The notes: generated by a model from the sequence alone, not told the origin. 63,187 nucleotides of DNA, filler included, from Hyphochytrium catenoides (GCA_900088475.1; 6 parts of 6 records of this genome joined end to end with filler, not necessarily neighbours in it), one strand, 5' to 3'; numbered from the whole stretch's first letter, positions 1-13,853 are shown. Program-made: numbers and translations.

Positions 1-45
1 CTTCACTTGACACCCGAGTAGCGCTCCTACTACATTCCTCTTGGT

Positions 46-85
<40 letters not shown>

Positions 86-660
86 GTGTGTCTCTCCGTC
101 TACCTGTCCGCTCTCTATTCTCGCATATATTTCCTTCTTTCCTTCTCTGCTCTGGGTAGAAGGCATGAATATCCGGTCGAGGAAGACAAATATAGACTGC
201 CAGAAATGCGTCCCACGCTTTCATCACTTCCCCTCTCTCTCTCACTCTCTTTCTTTCGCTTCGCGGGATCACTCTCTCTCTCTCTCCTTTATCTGCCGCT
301 TGGTCAATCTTCAATGTGTGAAACTCTTCCAGACTCTTCCCGACCTGCTGCCGATGAAAAGGCGGCATAATAGAGGCTCAATGACTTCGCATTTCTCTCT
401 CTAGTCTGCACGAGTTCACTTCCCTTTAGCCTTTTCTTTCGCCGCCTCATTGCTTGCCGCCTTCCATCCTTTCTCTCCTCATTTCCTCTCTCCTCACTCT
501 CCTTTTCTCTCTTTCCCTCTGCTTTTGTGAGCTACCAATTCCTTTTCAAACTTCGACTCGAGAGTCAATCTCTTCACTCTCTCTTCCTCTTGCCATTGGC
601 AATATCCTCTCTCTCTCTCTCCCTCTCTCTTCTTTTCTCCGCTGGAGAGGTATCAAAAGA

Positions 661-1124
661 ATGGAAGACAGCACTCCATCCACCGCTGCTGCTCCCTCTC
701 TCTCTCCCTCTCCCTCAAACTTCTCTCCTGAGCAGTACATTCTCATCCAGATCTGCACGCGTTGTTCCGCTGTTCTCTCCGTCTTGGGCTCTTTCGCTAT
801 CATAATGGCTGCGCTGCTGGACCCCAGGACGAAGTTGGGATCCACGCCGAAGAGACTCATCGTCTATCTCGCCATCACGGACTTTGTGGGATCTATCTTC
901 TTAGCGCTGAGGTAACCAACAGCTCTATTCTCTCTCTCTCTCTCTTTCTTTCTTCTAGCTCTCTCTCTTCTTTTCCTCTCCCTCCCTCTCTCCCTCTAGC
1001 TCTCTCTCTCTCCCTCTAGCTCTCTCTCTCTCCCTCTAGCTCTCTCTCTCTCCCTCTAGCTCTCTCTCTCTCTCTGTGTCTCTCTCCCTCTCTCTCTCTC
1101 TCTGTCTGTCTCTCTCTCTCTCTC

Positions 1125-1176
<52 letters not shown>

Positions 1177-2732
1177 TCTGAACTCGGCTGCACGTTCTTG
1201 TCGTGTTCTCAGCCGGGCCGGGTTCACGCTTCATGGTCCTGAGAGTGATCTCTGTAAGGCTCAGGGATTCTTCGTTCAGTTTACTGTTCTAGCGGTAAGG
1301 TCATCCCTTCTCTCTCCTCTCTCTTTCTCTCTATATATGTAGAGATAGTTCTCTTCCTTATCTCTGGTTGTCTGTCTCTGCGCTCCTAATCAGTTCTCTT
1401 TATNNNNNNNNNNNNNNNNNNNNNNNNNNNNNNNNNNNNNNNNNNNNNNNNNNNNNNNNNNNNNNNNNNNNNNNNNNNNNNNNNNNNNNNNNNNNNNNNN
1501 NNNNNNNNNNNNNNNNNNNNNNNNNNNNNNNNNNNNNNNNNNNNNNNNNNNNNNNNNNNNNNAGTTTACTGTCCTAGCGGTAAGGTCATCCCTTCTCTCT
1601 CCTCTCTCTTTCTCTCTATATATCTAGAGATAGATCTCTTTCTTATCTCTGATTGTCTGTCTCTGCGCTCCTAATCAATTTCCTTTATCTCTCTCCCCGT
1701 TTGGTTGTTCTCTTCTTCTTCTCTCTCTCTCTCTCTCTCTGCCGTCTCAGCGTACATAGGTTGCGCTCTGTACTCACTCGAGGGCAGACTAGTCGCCCTC
1801 TATGTCTCTCCTCTCTTTGTCGGTCTCCCCTCTCGCTTTCACAGTGATCATCTGTCTGTATCTGCCCACTCACACTTCCTCTCTCCTCCCTTCTCTTTTC
1901 TCTTGCCTCACTCTCTTTCTCTTTCTCTCTCTTTTCTCTTCTCTATTCTCCCACTCTCTCTCTCTCTCTCTCTCATTCTCCCTCTCTCTCTCTCTCGCCG
2001 CTCTCGCTTTTTTACCTCCGTCTCAAGTCTGTCGCCTGGACCACGGCCGTAGCGGCGGGGCTTGTCCTTTCCATTGTGTTCAACCAGCACAAGGCGCAGC
2101 TCTTGCGATGGGAGTGGTTCTTTCTCTTTCTCTGCTGGGGCGTTACCTTCTTTCTCTCCATTCTCTTTCTCTTCCCGCAGCTGGAAGAGAGAGAGGGAAA
2201 GCCTGTCTACGGCGCGGCGGACCTGTGGTGCTGGATCACGTCTGAGTATAAAGACTATAGAATGTACCTGTTCTACATCCCGCTCTGGATCTCTTTCTTC
2301 GTCATTCTGGTCTGCTATGTGGCCGTCGGATTGTCGCTGAGGAAGAGTGCGCGAAAGTGAGTCTTCTCTCTCTCTCTCTTTTTCCTTTTCTCTGCATTTC
2401 TACCTCTCTCTCTGGATGTGTGTCTCTCTCTCTCGCGCGCCCACTCTTCCCTGTCTTCGGTATTGCCCTCTGCCTCCCGCTCTCTCTATTCTTCTCCTAC
2501 TCAATCTCTCTTTCTGTGTCTCTCTCTCTCTCTTCTTCTCTTTCCCTCTCCCTCTCTTGTCTGCACTATCTCTTATAGCTGTCCCATCTCATCCTCTCTC
2601 CTTTAGTGCCTTCCCCTCTTTCTCCTCTCTTGCCGCGCTAGAATGTGTCTTTGGGCCACAGTTGTTTCTAAGCATTCTCGTTCTCCCATTCTAATGACCT
2701 CGCCATCTCTCTCTTTTTTCTCTTTTGTTCCT

Positions 2733-2798
<66 letters not shown>

Positions 2799-2800
2799 CG

Positions 2801-2842
<42 letters not shown>

Positions 2843-2846
2843 TTTG

Positions 2847-2880
<34 letters not shown>

Positions 2881-4262
2881 TTTGTTCTCTCTTTCTCTCT
2901 CTCGATCTCTCTCCATCTCTCTCTTTCTCTCTCTCTCTCTACGCTCTCTCTCCATACTCTCTCTCTCCTCTGTAGTCTGGAGAAAGGAGGTCTAGAGAGT
3001 GCCGATCTGCGGATGTTGAACAGGAACAGGCGGCGTTACGCGCTGAAGACGTCTTCCTATCTCTTCGCGTTCTTCTGCTGCTGGTTCCCTGCCACCATCA
3101 ACAGGATCTTCAACCAGATCAACCCTCAGGAGAAAGTATTCGCTCTCTTTCTAGTCCACGCGGTACGATCTTGCGGTCTGCTCTCTCTCCCCCTCTCTCT
3201 CTCGCTTTCTCTCATTCTCGCATAGTTACTCTCTCTCAAGTCTCCCTTAAGTCTCTCCCTCTCTCTCTCTCTCTTTCTTTTATATGCTCTCTCTTGTATA
3301 GTCTATCTCTCACGGCGCCACGTGTCGACCTCCTCCTTTGTCGCCTCATACATTTTCTCGGGTCTCTTTCTCTCTTCCTCTTTTCTTACTGTCGTCTCTC
3401 CCTGGCACACTCATGTTGGCTCACCTTCCTTTCCCTCGCCCCTGTCTTCTCTCGATCTCTCGTTGCTCGCAATTCTTGCTGACTCTCTCTCCCCCTTCCG
3501 ATCTCTCTCTCTCTCTATATATATATATGTCTCTCTCTCTTTTCGTCTGTTTTCCTGCAGACTATGGTTCCACTCAGCGGCTTCCTGAACTCTGTCATTT
3601 ACTTCTGGTCGAACATCTGCTACCAGCTTTCTTCATCGCCTTCTCCCTCTCTCTCTCTCTCGAGCTCAATACCTGCAGAGAGAGAGGGAACACGGTCGGG
3701 ACCGCTTCTCCCTCTCCCTCCTACTCTTGTGTCCTACAAAGGGCGAAACAGAGTGATCAAGACTCTCTCTCCTCGAGCTCTTGACTCTTTTTCAATCTCT
3801 CTCTCCTCCTTTACCTCTTCTCTCTCTCTCTCTCCTTGCAGCCCTCCCGCTTACAACCTCCACGAAGAGAGAGACGAGGAAGCAGGAAGAGAGAGAATGA
3901 TAGACGACCATTTGAAGGCATTGCCCTCAGGAAGTGCAAGACGGAAGAAGAGAGAAGAGAAAAGACAATCGCAAAGAGAAAGAGACTCGGTCGAGAAAGG
4001 CGTCTCTCGAGATTGGACAGATCGCATAAGCAGGCCGAGCTTTGCTGGGAGCAAGGCCCCCGAGAGAGAGAATGCAGGATCTAAGGCAAAAGAATCCAGA
4101 GAGAGAGAGGGAGAGAGAGAACGCACGGTGAGAGAAAGAAGCAGCATGGAGAGAGACGTGGCACGGAGAGCGGAAGCTGGACAACTCCCTTCCTACCTTG
4201 CCTCTATCGATGACGCAGGGAAGGTGGATAGCTACACAGGCGCTCAACTGCTGAGGATTTGA
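661..4262 (+). CDS. cAMP-receptor-like 7TM GPCR (CAR/GCR1/Git3-like), 5 exons
   Basis: GT-AG exons at ~661-911, 1213-1294, 2028-2357, 2976-3162, 3561-4262 join in frame. Motifs RLIVYLAITD, CKAQGFFVQF, DLWCWI, LFYIPLW, YLFAFFCCWFPATINRI, PLSGFLNSVIY are typical of this receptor class. Confidence 0.85.
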
Positions 4263-4848
4263 GTCGTCTTACGTTTCTCTCTCTCTCTCTCTCTCTCTCT
4301 CCGGTGTCCTCACACTGTCCATCTCAGCTTCCTCTTCGCTCGAAAGTGGCCATTGACATCTATTCCTTCTTCTATCCTTCCCCACACTTATTCTCTCTCT
4401 CTCTCTCTCCTTTTTCTCTCTCTCTTCTTTCCCTCATGGATATAAGTCTTCCTGTTCCATGTCTGGCCCTGTATGTTTGATGATAGTCCCAAGAGGCCCC
4501 AAGGTCAATGCTCTTCGTCCTGTTTCCTAATAACTTGTCACTCTTTTGCACTCTGTCTCATCTCTCCTCCGTCTTCCCATTTAGATTACACTGTGCTCTA
4601 TGTCTCAACAGTCTTCTGTCTGTCCAGCCTTTCAAGATGCACTCGTCTCTCTCTATTTCTGTCCCTTCTCGGCCCTGATGTCAAAGAAGAGGGTCAATAA
4701 ATAAGAGGAAGAGGTTCCCAATGTTAACTTCTAGGAGGCACAGGAAAATCTTCCTCTCCGAATGTTACCGCGATGCTTTTCTTCCCTCTCCCTTTACGTT
4801 GTTCTCCCTCCTCTTCTCTCCGTCTCTCTCTCTCTCTTTGACTCTCTC

Positions 4849-7800
4849 CTACCGCCGCTTCATCAGCGCCACTACTGAGCCAGTCACTATAGCGAGAGAG
4901 GTAACAGCTGCGCCGATGACGATCGGATTGTGCGCGTACTCTTTGTACTGCGCAGGGAGAAAGAAAGGCATAAGCCGCGCGTAAACGCATGGCTCTACAT
5001 TCTCTCTCTTTGCTTTTTCCTCTATGAAATGCTTGACTGCCTGGGCAGAGTTGGCTACCCGGAAGACTCGCGTTGGCTGCTCCTCTAAAGCCTCTAGGAT
5101 CGGATGCTGAGGAGGACGGAAGCCTACGAGAGAGAGAGAGAGAGACCAGAGGACAGGTTAAGTACAACTGCGAAGACCTTTAGCCTAACGTAGGGCGGAA
5201 AAAGACATCCAGCAGAGCGTATACGGCGCTAGAGAATCACGGAAGGTGCAGAGCCACAGCATGCAATAGAGGAGAGCATATATTGAAGAGAGAGAAGGAG
5301 AGAGAGAGATGGAGCCAAGAGGAAAGGGCCAGTAAGGACTACCTAGAGCTTTCTCTGCCGCATCCAAGAACTTCCCCGGGTGAGCTGTGCCTACCACCAC
5401 AACGGCGGAGGCCGTGCCCTACAATCAGATATATCGAGAGAAATGGCCAACATATGTCAGTCTCGCTCTCTCACCCTCTTTTTTCTCTCTTTTATTGTCT
5501 CTCTCTCTCTTTCCCCTTTTTCTTTCTTTCTCTTCTCTTTCTGGTCTCGTTCCCCTTCCCTTCCTCACCAGCCACCACTACATTGGCACGAATCTCTCTA
5601 TCTGCGCAATGTGCAATTGGAGGTTGTAAAGTCCTCCCTCTCTCTTTCTCTCTCTTTCTCTCCCCTCTTGCTCTTCGTTCCCTTTCTCAGCCACTTTTTT
5701 CTCTCTCTCTCTCACGAGCGCCAGAGAGGTCTCCGTCTCTCTCTCTCTCTTCTTCCTCTCTAGGTCCCTCCCCTAGCTTATCTATCTCTTTCTCTTCCTA
5801 CCAACGGCTCCAAACATGCCGTTCCTACCTTAACTTTCTCCGCGGCTCCCACTCCGATGGCAGTGTGAGGGTCAAAGATATATTCGTCAGAGTCAAAGTA
5901 CTTCTTCACAATCTCTAGCACTTCCTGTGAGGCGCCATGGGGAGAGAGACGCCATCAGGAGGACGAAAGGAATAGGCAGAGAGGACAAAGAGCAAAGAGA
6001 GGGATCAAGGAACAACAGGAGCAAGAGGAGAGAGAGAGAGAGAGAGACGAGAAGCGAAAAGTTGAGGGGAAATCATGAGACAAAGAAACCACTATACAGA
6101 CTCTGTCTCTCCTGTCTCCATTCGCTGTGTCTTACCTTCTGGTCCACTCGGGCAGAGGAAAACTCCTCCTTCGCCCTTCTGAGCTTTTGACCCTCAATCG
6201 TGAGTGCTCCTGAAAAAAAGAGAGAGAGAGAGTTGAGTCATCGAATGAGTAAGAGGCTAACTCTTCCTTTCTTGTCCCTCTCTTTGCCATGCCGCCTGCT
6301 ACCTGTTTTCTCAAAGTCTGCCATCCACTGCTTGAGCACCTCTGGATCATTGTCTGCAAGATCGAAGAGGAATCTCTCAAAGTTACTTGAGATGCAGATG
6401 TCCATCGACGGAGAGAGAGTAGGCACAACTCCCTCTTTGTGATACTTCCTGCGAGTAACTATTAGCATAGACACTAAGACGGAAAGAAAGGAGAGAGAAG
6501 TGGTGTAGGAGCGACCCAAAGCCTCGGAGTGAGCAATGAGATCAAGAAACGTTGGGATAAAGACTTAGGAGTGCGAGCGGCTTCAGTGCAAGGATTAGTG
6601 AGAATGTGCGATGAGACGTCCCTTTGAAGAGAAGAAAGTCCATTCAGAAAGACTTTTGCACACAAGAAATAGAAAAAAGGGGAGAGACCTCAGCCAGGGG
6701 GAAGAGAGAAGAACAGAAAGAAAAGAATGAACAATAGCAAAGGCAAGTGCTGAAACGACCGGAAGAAAGAGAGAGCGACAGAAAAAGATACAGAGGGACA
6801 GAGAGAGAGAGAACCGCACCCCTGTGTGAAGAATCTGTGGAGTATATCATTCTCATTCGTAGCCACAATGAGCTTGCCAATAGGAAGTCCAAGTTTCTTC
6901 GCATAATAACCCGCAAGGATGTCCCCGAAGTTGCCGGTCGGAACGGAGAAATCCACCCTAGATAATGACGGGACACAGACGAAAGAGATACACCGGAACA
7001 TAAGGTCTTTATAAAACAGCGCGCAGAGAAATAGATAGAAAGAGAGAGAGAGAGAGAGAGAAAAAGAGAGAGAAAGAGAGAGAGAGAGCAGCGGGAAACA
7101 CAAGGTTTGATGCCTTACTCTGTCTTGCCAACTTTCCCCTTGATGTCCTTGACCACCTTGAAGTATGTGAAGAAGTAATAGACAATCTGGGCCAGGATCC
7201 TTGCCCAATTGATGGAGTTCACAGCCCCAAGATTATACTAAAGAAGAGAGAAAGCGAGAGCGGACAAGAGGGAAGACTATGTCATTTTCTCTGCCTTTGC
7301 AAGCCGGCCTCTCTGCTTCTCTGTCTTCTCCTTTCTTTCTTCAGTCTCCATCAACAACTGCTTTTTCTTGCCTGCACTCTCTCCTTACCTTAGCCTTAAA
7401 GGCCGCATCGGCAAAGCATTCCTTCACTATATGCTGACAGTCGTCAAAGGAGCCCGCAACAGCCATATTATGGACATTAGCGTCAAGAACTGAAGTCATC
7501 TGCCTCTCTTGCACAGGGCTGACCCTTCCCTCAGGGAAGAGGATATAGACATCCACATTCTCCTTCCCTCTCAGTCCGGCAATAGCTGAGCTCCCTGAAG
7601 AGAAAGTGGAGCAAGTAAAACCACATAGAGCAGTCGTAAGATTGGATAAGCATATCGAAGAGAGAGAGAGGACAGAAAAGTTGTGAAGAGACAGCAGTGT
7701 TCCTGGGATCCACTTTCCTATATCTTCTATGTCACCAACCTGTGTCTCCGGATGTGGCACCAAGGATGGTCACGTGTCCGTGGTGCTTGCCGGGCCTTGA

Positions 7801-8959
7801 AAGAAAGTACTCGAAGAGATTTCCTGCAGAAAAAAGAGATGGGTAACGTCAATGGCGTCGCAGAAAGAGCGACAGTTTGAAAGAAGAGCTCTAAGAGCGG
7901 GAGTTGCAGAAGCAAGCCGTGGCAATGTAGTTCGAGAAGTAGAGGAGAGGAGAGATAAAGACACAGGGAATAGGGACAAAGACGACAGAGAGAGAGAAGG
8001 ATACTTTGATAACGAGCAACAGGAAAGTGCACCGTACCTAGGAACTGCAGTGCAATGTCCTTGAAGGCGAACGTTGGGCCGTGGAACAGCTCCATCACGT
8101 AGAGCTGCCCAACCTTGCGGACCTGAAGAAATGGAGAGGCCGAACGCAGCCAAGGACGCTATTGTAAGGAGAGAGACTGCCAGCGGCTCGTAAATTCTTG
8201 AACGAGACAGAGAGAAAATGCCAGGACTATGACGTAGGGGCATAGACGAAGAGATTAAGAGAAAAGGCAAACATCCCCTTCCATAACCCTCTCAACAAGT
8301 AAGAAAATTATCGGTTGTTCATTGTCTTCAGGCCCAGACCTGATGCTTCTCTTTCCCTTCCTTACCTCAACAGCCTCCTTGTGCCGGAAGGTGCTATAAC
8401 TCTTCTCCACAATCTTCTTCAGCTCAGCGCGGGGCAGCTCAGAGTCGTCGACAAACAAGGAGATCACTTCCACAGCCAGCTCCGGGAAGCTGAGATCCTT
8501 CGGAACAAAAGGACAGGAGAGGGAAAGGAGGGAGCAGCGGCAGTCTGTTAAAATATTATAGCTGTATACAGGAAGACAGAGTAAAGAGGAACGACTGTTA
8601 CCTATCGACGCTATGTACATGAAGACAGGAAGAAGAAGAACGAGGTTTAAGGGCAAAGGCCACATCGTTCGCCGACAGTAGAATATTTACCTTCCACTTC
8701 TGCAGCGCATCCTTCGGCAAGGACGGGAACTCTTCTGGAACAAGGAGACCTAAAACAGGGCCGCGGAGCAGAGGTAAGTAAAGGCAAGAGGAGCTCGTTG
8801 ATAGATGGCCGGAGAAGAAAGACGAGGTTGAAATGGCCTGGACAACCGAGAGAGTTAAACCCCAACCAACTGACCTCTGTCCTTCGCCAACCCCATGAAG
8901 ACAGCTTCTTCAAAGGTAACGCCACGGACGGCGCCCCGAGTGCTTCTATAGAGAACCAT
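4849..8959 (-). CDS. THR4: Threonine synthase (Thr4/ThrC type), multi-exon, with C-terminal hydrophobic extension
   Basis: Start MVLYRSTRG (ATG 8959); ELFHGPTFAFKD (PLP lysine), GRVSPVQERQMT, AVNSINWARILAQ, VPTGNFGDILAGY, ATNENDIL, SPSMDICISSNFER, GTAHPGKF. Last exon ~5123-4849 ends ...VVALMKRR*. Confidence 0.93.
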
Positions 8960-9199
8960 TGTAGCCGAGGTATCGGGTCACTCAGACTTTCACGTTCACG
9001 GCAGCTACAGCGACCCTAGAACCAGCCAAACACCTAGCTCTCTTCCAAAGCCACGAAGCTGGAAGCTGGGTCTTCAGATGAAGAGCCTCACGACGCGGTC
9101 AGAAAGCTTCAGAAATGTCTTTCTTCATCAGAGCGCTTCAGCTTCAGCTTCAGCTCGAGCTTCAGCTTCGTCTGCGAGTGGGTGAGAACTGTGAGAACT

Positions 9200-9470
9200 C
9201 CAACAATAAAATGCGAGAAATGTGCTTTGTTGAAGCGACAAATCACTGATTAATCACATCGCTGATTACTGCAACATATGATTCATAGCGGATAGTGCTA
9301 AAAAAGTAAACCTTTCTCATAGTTTTGAGACCGCTGATTGGATGAACAAAACGAAAAGGATTAAAACCTACCAATAGGAGGGAGTATTTAATATGGGATT
9401 TATAGCGCGATTATAAAAACTTAATCTGTATCCATTTCTTTTTTGTACCCTATCACATCTATGATTGAGT
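9200..9470. promoter_or_regulatory. Probable divergent promoter region
   Basis: AT-rich, microsatellite-free stretch between head-to-head genes; contains CTGATTGG (~9333) and ACCAATAG (~9370) CCAAT boxes. Confidence 0.4.
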
Positions 9471-9680
9471 TGCAGCTTGGCGCTTCGCATCATGAAAGAA
9501 AGAGAACCGTTTCTGAAGACTCTGTGAAGATTATTGGAGCTCTGGAACTCTTGCCTCTCTCCTCAGGCTGCAGCGTGATGCCAAAAGAGTAGGCAGACGG
9601 GGCTGAGGCAATGTCCGCCAGAGGCCTGGCAAAGGGCAGTCGGGTTATCTGATCTAAGGGCTAGAGAGGTGCTTAGCAGA

Positions 9681-12450
9681 ATGCATAGTGGTTTGCGTCT
9701 CCGTGCCCGTCTTCCACGATGGGACCTGTCGATCGGTGTGGTTGCCCAAGGTAATGGCTTCGATAAGCTAAAGAGAAAGAGGAGAAGGCCCCCTTGGCGC
9801 GGCTCTGAATCTCTCAGATGGTCCTGTCCTGCTGCTAGTCTGAGCACAGGGACCACAGATGAGTACCCTCGCTCTTCAACTGTCCATCACTTTGCGGTTG
9901 CTAAGGTTGTCCGGGCCGTCTTGCATGACCCAAAAGCTGTTCTTGAAGACGCTAGGTAGTGACTCTGAACCTTAGCATGCTCCGCACTATCACGAGACCC
10001 AACGTTCTTGTCTCTATTTGTCTCTCAACTCCCGACCTTGTCTTGACAGGCAGATGCGGGAGGGAGACGGTGGGGAAGTTTCTGTTGGAAGACAAGTGAT
10101 AATCGTGTCTTCTGCGTCACTCTCCACGCCCGAGGGGCTTGTGTCCTTCCTCGACTCAGCGGTAAGAACCGTGACCTGCCCCTCTGGGCGCTCTCTTTCT
10201 ATGTTTTGATGCTTACTTTTCTCCTCTATAGTCGGACTTGAGAGCCTCTGTCTCGTCCTGTTTGCTCTGGCAGTGCGTCTCTTTGTCCTCCTCGTTCTTT
10301 CTTCTCCACTTAAATCTTTTTTGTCTCTTTCGCTCCGTTACTTTGCCTCATCCTTCGCCCTCTCTTTTCTCCTTTGCTCTTCCTCTCAAGTGCTTCTGTT
10401 CCTCGCCCGTTTTCTAATGTCCGGCGCTGCGGATGTGCCTTTCTCGCTGCTAGACAACGAAAGATGGAGAGAACAAGATATTCCTAATACGCGAGGAAGA
10501 TTTCACGCATCTTCTCTCCAAAGAGGTTCTCTCCATGTAAGACTTCTATCCATGGACAGACGATCAAGCATATAGCGCCCCTAAAGATCTATTCCCTTCC
10601 TCACAGCGGTGGAGGAACAGGAGGGAAAGAGAGAGAGACGCCGCTACAGCTCCTTGAAGGTGAAGGTACAGGCGCTAAGACCTTCTCAGACGCTCTCTCG
10701 AAGAGAGACAGTGATCTTATGCTTAGTTCAGCATCAAAGATAACGCTTTTAGAACTTCAGCGCAGTTTGGTGGGTTATTGTTTGTCTCTCTTCCTGTCTC
10801 TCTCCCTGTTACGCTCTTTGTTTTCTGTCTTCGCCATCGTACTGCCTTCTCGTCTGTCTCCACCTCATTCCCTTCTCCTCTCTCCACTTCCCTCGTTTCT
10901 TTCTCACCTCTCGTTTGGCATTCGCTCTCTGTGCCCCATTATCTACCTTTCTCTTTTCTCTCTCTCTCTCTCTATAGATATATATGTCTGTCTGCCTCTC
11001 TCTCACTCTCTCTCTCTCTTTCTCTCTTTAATTTTCCACTTATTCATTGTGGTCCTCCCTCTCTGCTGTCTTTTAGGCTCCATCCTCTGCCACTCTCCTC
11101 CCTCCTTCCTCTCTCCCTGGAGTAAACACGGACGGAACCGTCACAGATGTGCCGTCTTCTCTTCTCACGGAGAGAGAGAAGCAGTTCCTCGATGCTGCCA
11201 GGAGAGGGGACAGGGAAAAGCTTCAAAGCTTGCAAGGAGAGAGCGAAAAGTACGGAGTAGGAGAACGGGGCGCGATTCTTAATGTTAATGTTCATGAGCC
11301 GACCCACGGCGGCACAGCTCTGCATATTGTCGCGGGCAACCTTTCTCTCTCTGCTGAGGTAAGCAAAGGGCACTCTTGAAAAGCTCACGCGATCGTTTCA
11401 AGGTTAGAAAGTCATAGAGAAGAGAAGGGTCTGTTGAGGAAAGGCGAAACAAGAGAGAGGATATCCGCATGCCGATGAGAGAAATTCGATGGCAAGCCTG
11501 AGTCTGCTTTATGTACTCTCTCTCCCTCTCTCTGGCTCTCTCTCTCTCTCTTTCTCTCTCCCCTTACGTTCTCTCCTTTTCTCTCTCCCTCTTTCCCTCT
11601 CTTTCCTGAGTAGCTTCGGCTTCAGTTAGTTGAGTGGCTCTGCTCCTGCGGTGCTGAGGTGAACAGTCGAGCGACAAACGGTTCTACTCCGCTCCATTGG
11701 GCGGCAGGGGCCGGAGCGAAGGAAACCGTTCTCTTTCTCTTAGAGAGAGGTGCAGATATAGACGCCAGGACGTACACTTGGACGTAAGTAGCGCGGATCA
11801 ATGTGAAAGTTGGAGGGCCACAGCATGACTCCAGATGCACTCGTTTCTTGTCCTGTGTGGCCCCTTACACTTTCTCTCTCCTTTATTTATCTCTCCCCGT
11901 CTTTCTTCTTTTTCTCTCTGTGTCTCTCTTTCTCCCCCTCTCTTGCTTCCTCATTCTCTTCCTCTCTGTGTCTCTCCCTCTTTACTCTCTTTCTCCCTCT
12001 CGCATCCCCTGGCTCTCATTCTATCGCTGTTCTTAGTCTTCCTACAAACTGAAATTCTCCTTGTCTCCGTTCCTTAGCCGTCAGGTGTTCGGTCGAGGTA
12101 GCGGGCAAACAGCCCTGCATTGGGCCGCCGAAGGTGGCCATCGAGAAGTTGTTCATCTGCTTCTTTCAGCCTCAGACCTTGCGGCTGGAGCTCTGGACGA
12201 GAGAGGACAGACGCCAAAGGTGATGCCACAGGATCACTGTCGGTCTCCTATTCTTCCCCTACCTAGTTCCTGTTGTTGATGGTCTCTCTCCGCGTCGGCT
12301 CCTTGTGCGCGGCAAATCGGTTTCTCTGTCTTCTTGCACCTTTCTAGCCCAACAACTGCTGTCTCTGTATGTTTCTCTCTTCCTCTCTTTCTGTGGGTCT
12401 CTCTATAAAGTATCTCTTTCTCCTAGCCCATTGCTATCTATCTATATTCC

Positions 12451-12487
<37 letters not shown>

Positions 12488-12742
12488 CTCTCTCTCTCCG
12501 TCTCTCCCTCCCTCTCTCTCTCTCTCCCTCTTCTCTCTCTCTCTGTCTCTCTCTCAGTGTCTGTCTGTCTTTCTTCTATGAATGGCGGCCTCACAAAGTT
12601 ATTGGATACCTTCCAGGACATGGCTCGCCGGGAGCTTCACTTTGACTTGGAGGCTGAGCTTCAAAAGGCGGAGGAAAAGAAATACGTAGCCTTAACATTT
12701 ACTACAGAGCTAGCCGCACATAAGCTGCTACGCCGGAAGTAA
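9681..12742 (+). CDS. Ankyrin-repeat protein (5' exons uncertain)
   Basis: Exons ~11147-11358 (FLDAARRGD, GGTALHIVAG), 11614-11783 (NGSTPLHWAAGAG), 12079-12219 (GQTALHWAAEGGH), 12617-12742. The first ankyrin exon follows a CAG acceptor with no in-frame ATG. Candidate upstream exons at ~9681-9955 and 10050-10161. Confidence 0.8.
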
Positions 12743-13678
12743 AGAAGGTTGATGGAGAGAGAGACACGAAGAAAGAAAGAGAGAGAGAGATATAAAAGCT
12801 AGAGACGGAAAGGGAAGAGAGGGAGAGTGTGAGGAGAGAGGAAGCGGAGAGAGGAGCGAGCCTTGACTTTACTTGCAGGCAGCAGGGACATCAAGCCAGA
12901 TAAACGGCATTCTATTATTAGCTCCTGGTACGGAAGATAGCAAAGCGCCCGTGAGAGAGGGACAGAGACACACACACAGAGAGAGAGAGAGAGAGAGGAG
13001 GTCTTCGGCTTACTAAGGCTGAGAGCTAAGGGTTCATCTTAGCCAGATTGAAGAGGCAGGAACACGCTCATCATAAACAAGAATTTCTATCACCATTATC
13101 AGCCCTGGAGGGCCGACAGACGTGCACTACTTCGTTCCTTCTGATGGTTAGACTAGACAGCGGACGGACGAGGGGAAAGAAAGAGAGCCAACAAGAGAGA
13201 GATAGTCATGGCCTGCCTGCCCCATTCTTCGCCAAAAGAACAGAGACATAGTGCGGAAACAGCAAAAAGAAAGATCAAAGCTAGACTGTCATTCAACGAA
13301 TTGTTGCCTCCAGTTCTTTTCAACGACGTGACGAGACATGCTTAATGACTGGCAAGAGAGAGAAGGTACTGAGTAGTTTGTATGACTCTTTCGACTGAGC
13401 GGCAGGGCTTCCATGAGAAACGCAGCTAAACCAGCAGCTGCGACACAGTGGAGACAACCAGAACGGGGGGAGAGAAGACAGCAGAGTCTTTCTTCTGGTC
13501 ACAATCTCCTTTCTCACATTTTGCTGTGGGACAACGGGACAGCTCCTGTCTCGAGCTGTTTAGGTCAGCAGAGCCCACAGGTCAAAAGCTATCAACAATT
13601 GTTAACTTGGACGATTGCAGTGTCTTATCAGGTTCATCAGCTGCCTCCTCCCTCATAAGCAAGCGATTGATGGATGAT

Positions 13679-13713
<35 letters not shown>

Positions 13714-13813
13714 CCCTCTCTCTCTTTCTCTTTCTCTCTCTCTCTCTCCCTCTTCTCTCTGTCTACCCCTCTGTCTCTTTCTCTCTCTCTCTCTCTCTAC
13801 CCCTCTTTCTCTT

Positions 13814-13853
<40 letters not shown>

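Noticed and set aside
1277-1690. Apparent duplication of GPCR exon 2 end and donor site
   Set aside because: The near-identical copies directly flank an N-gap; most likely unmerged overlap or allelic haplotypes.
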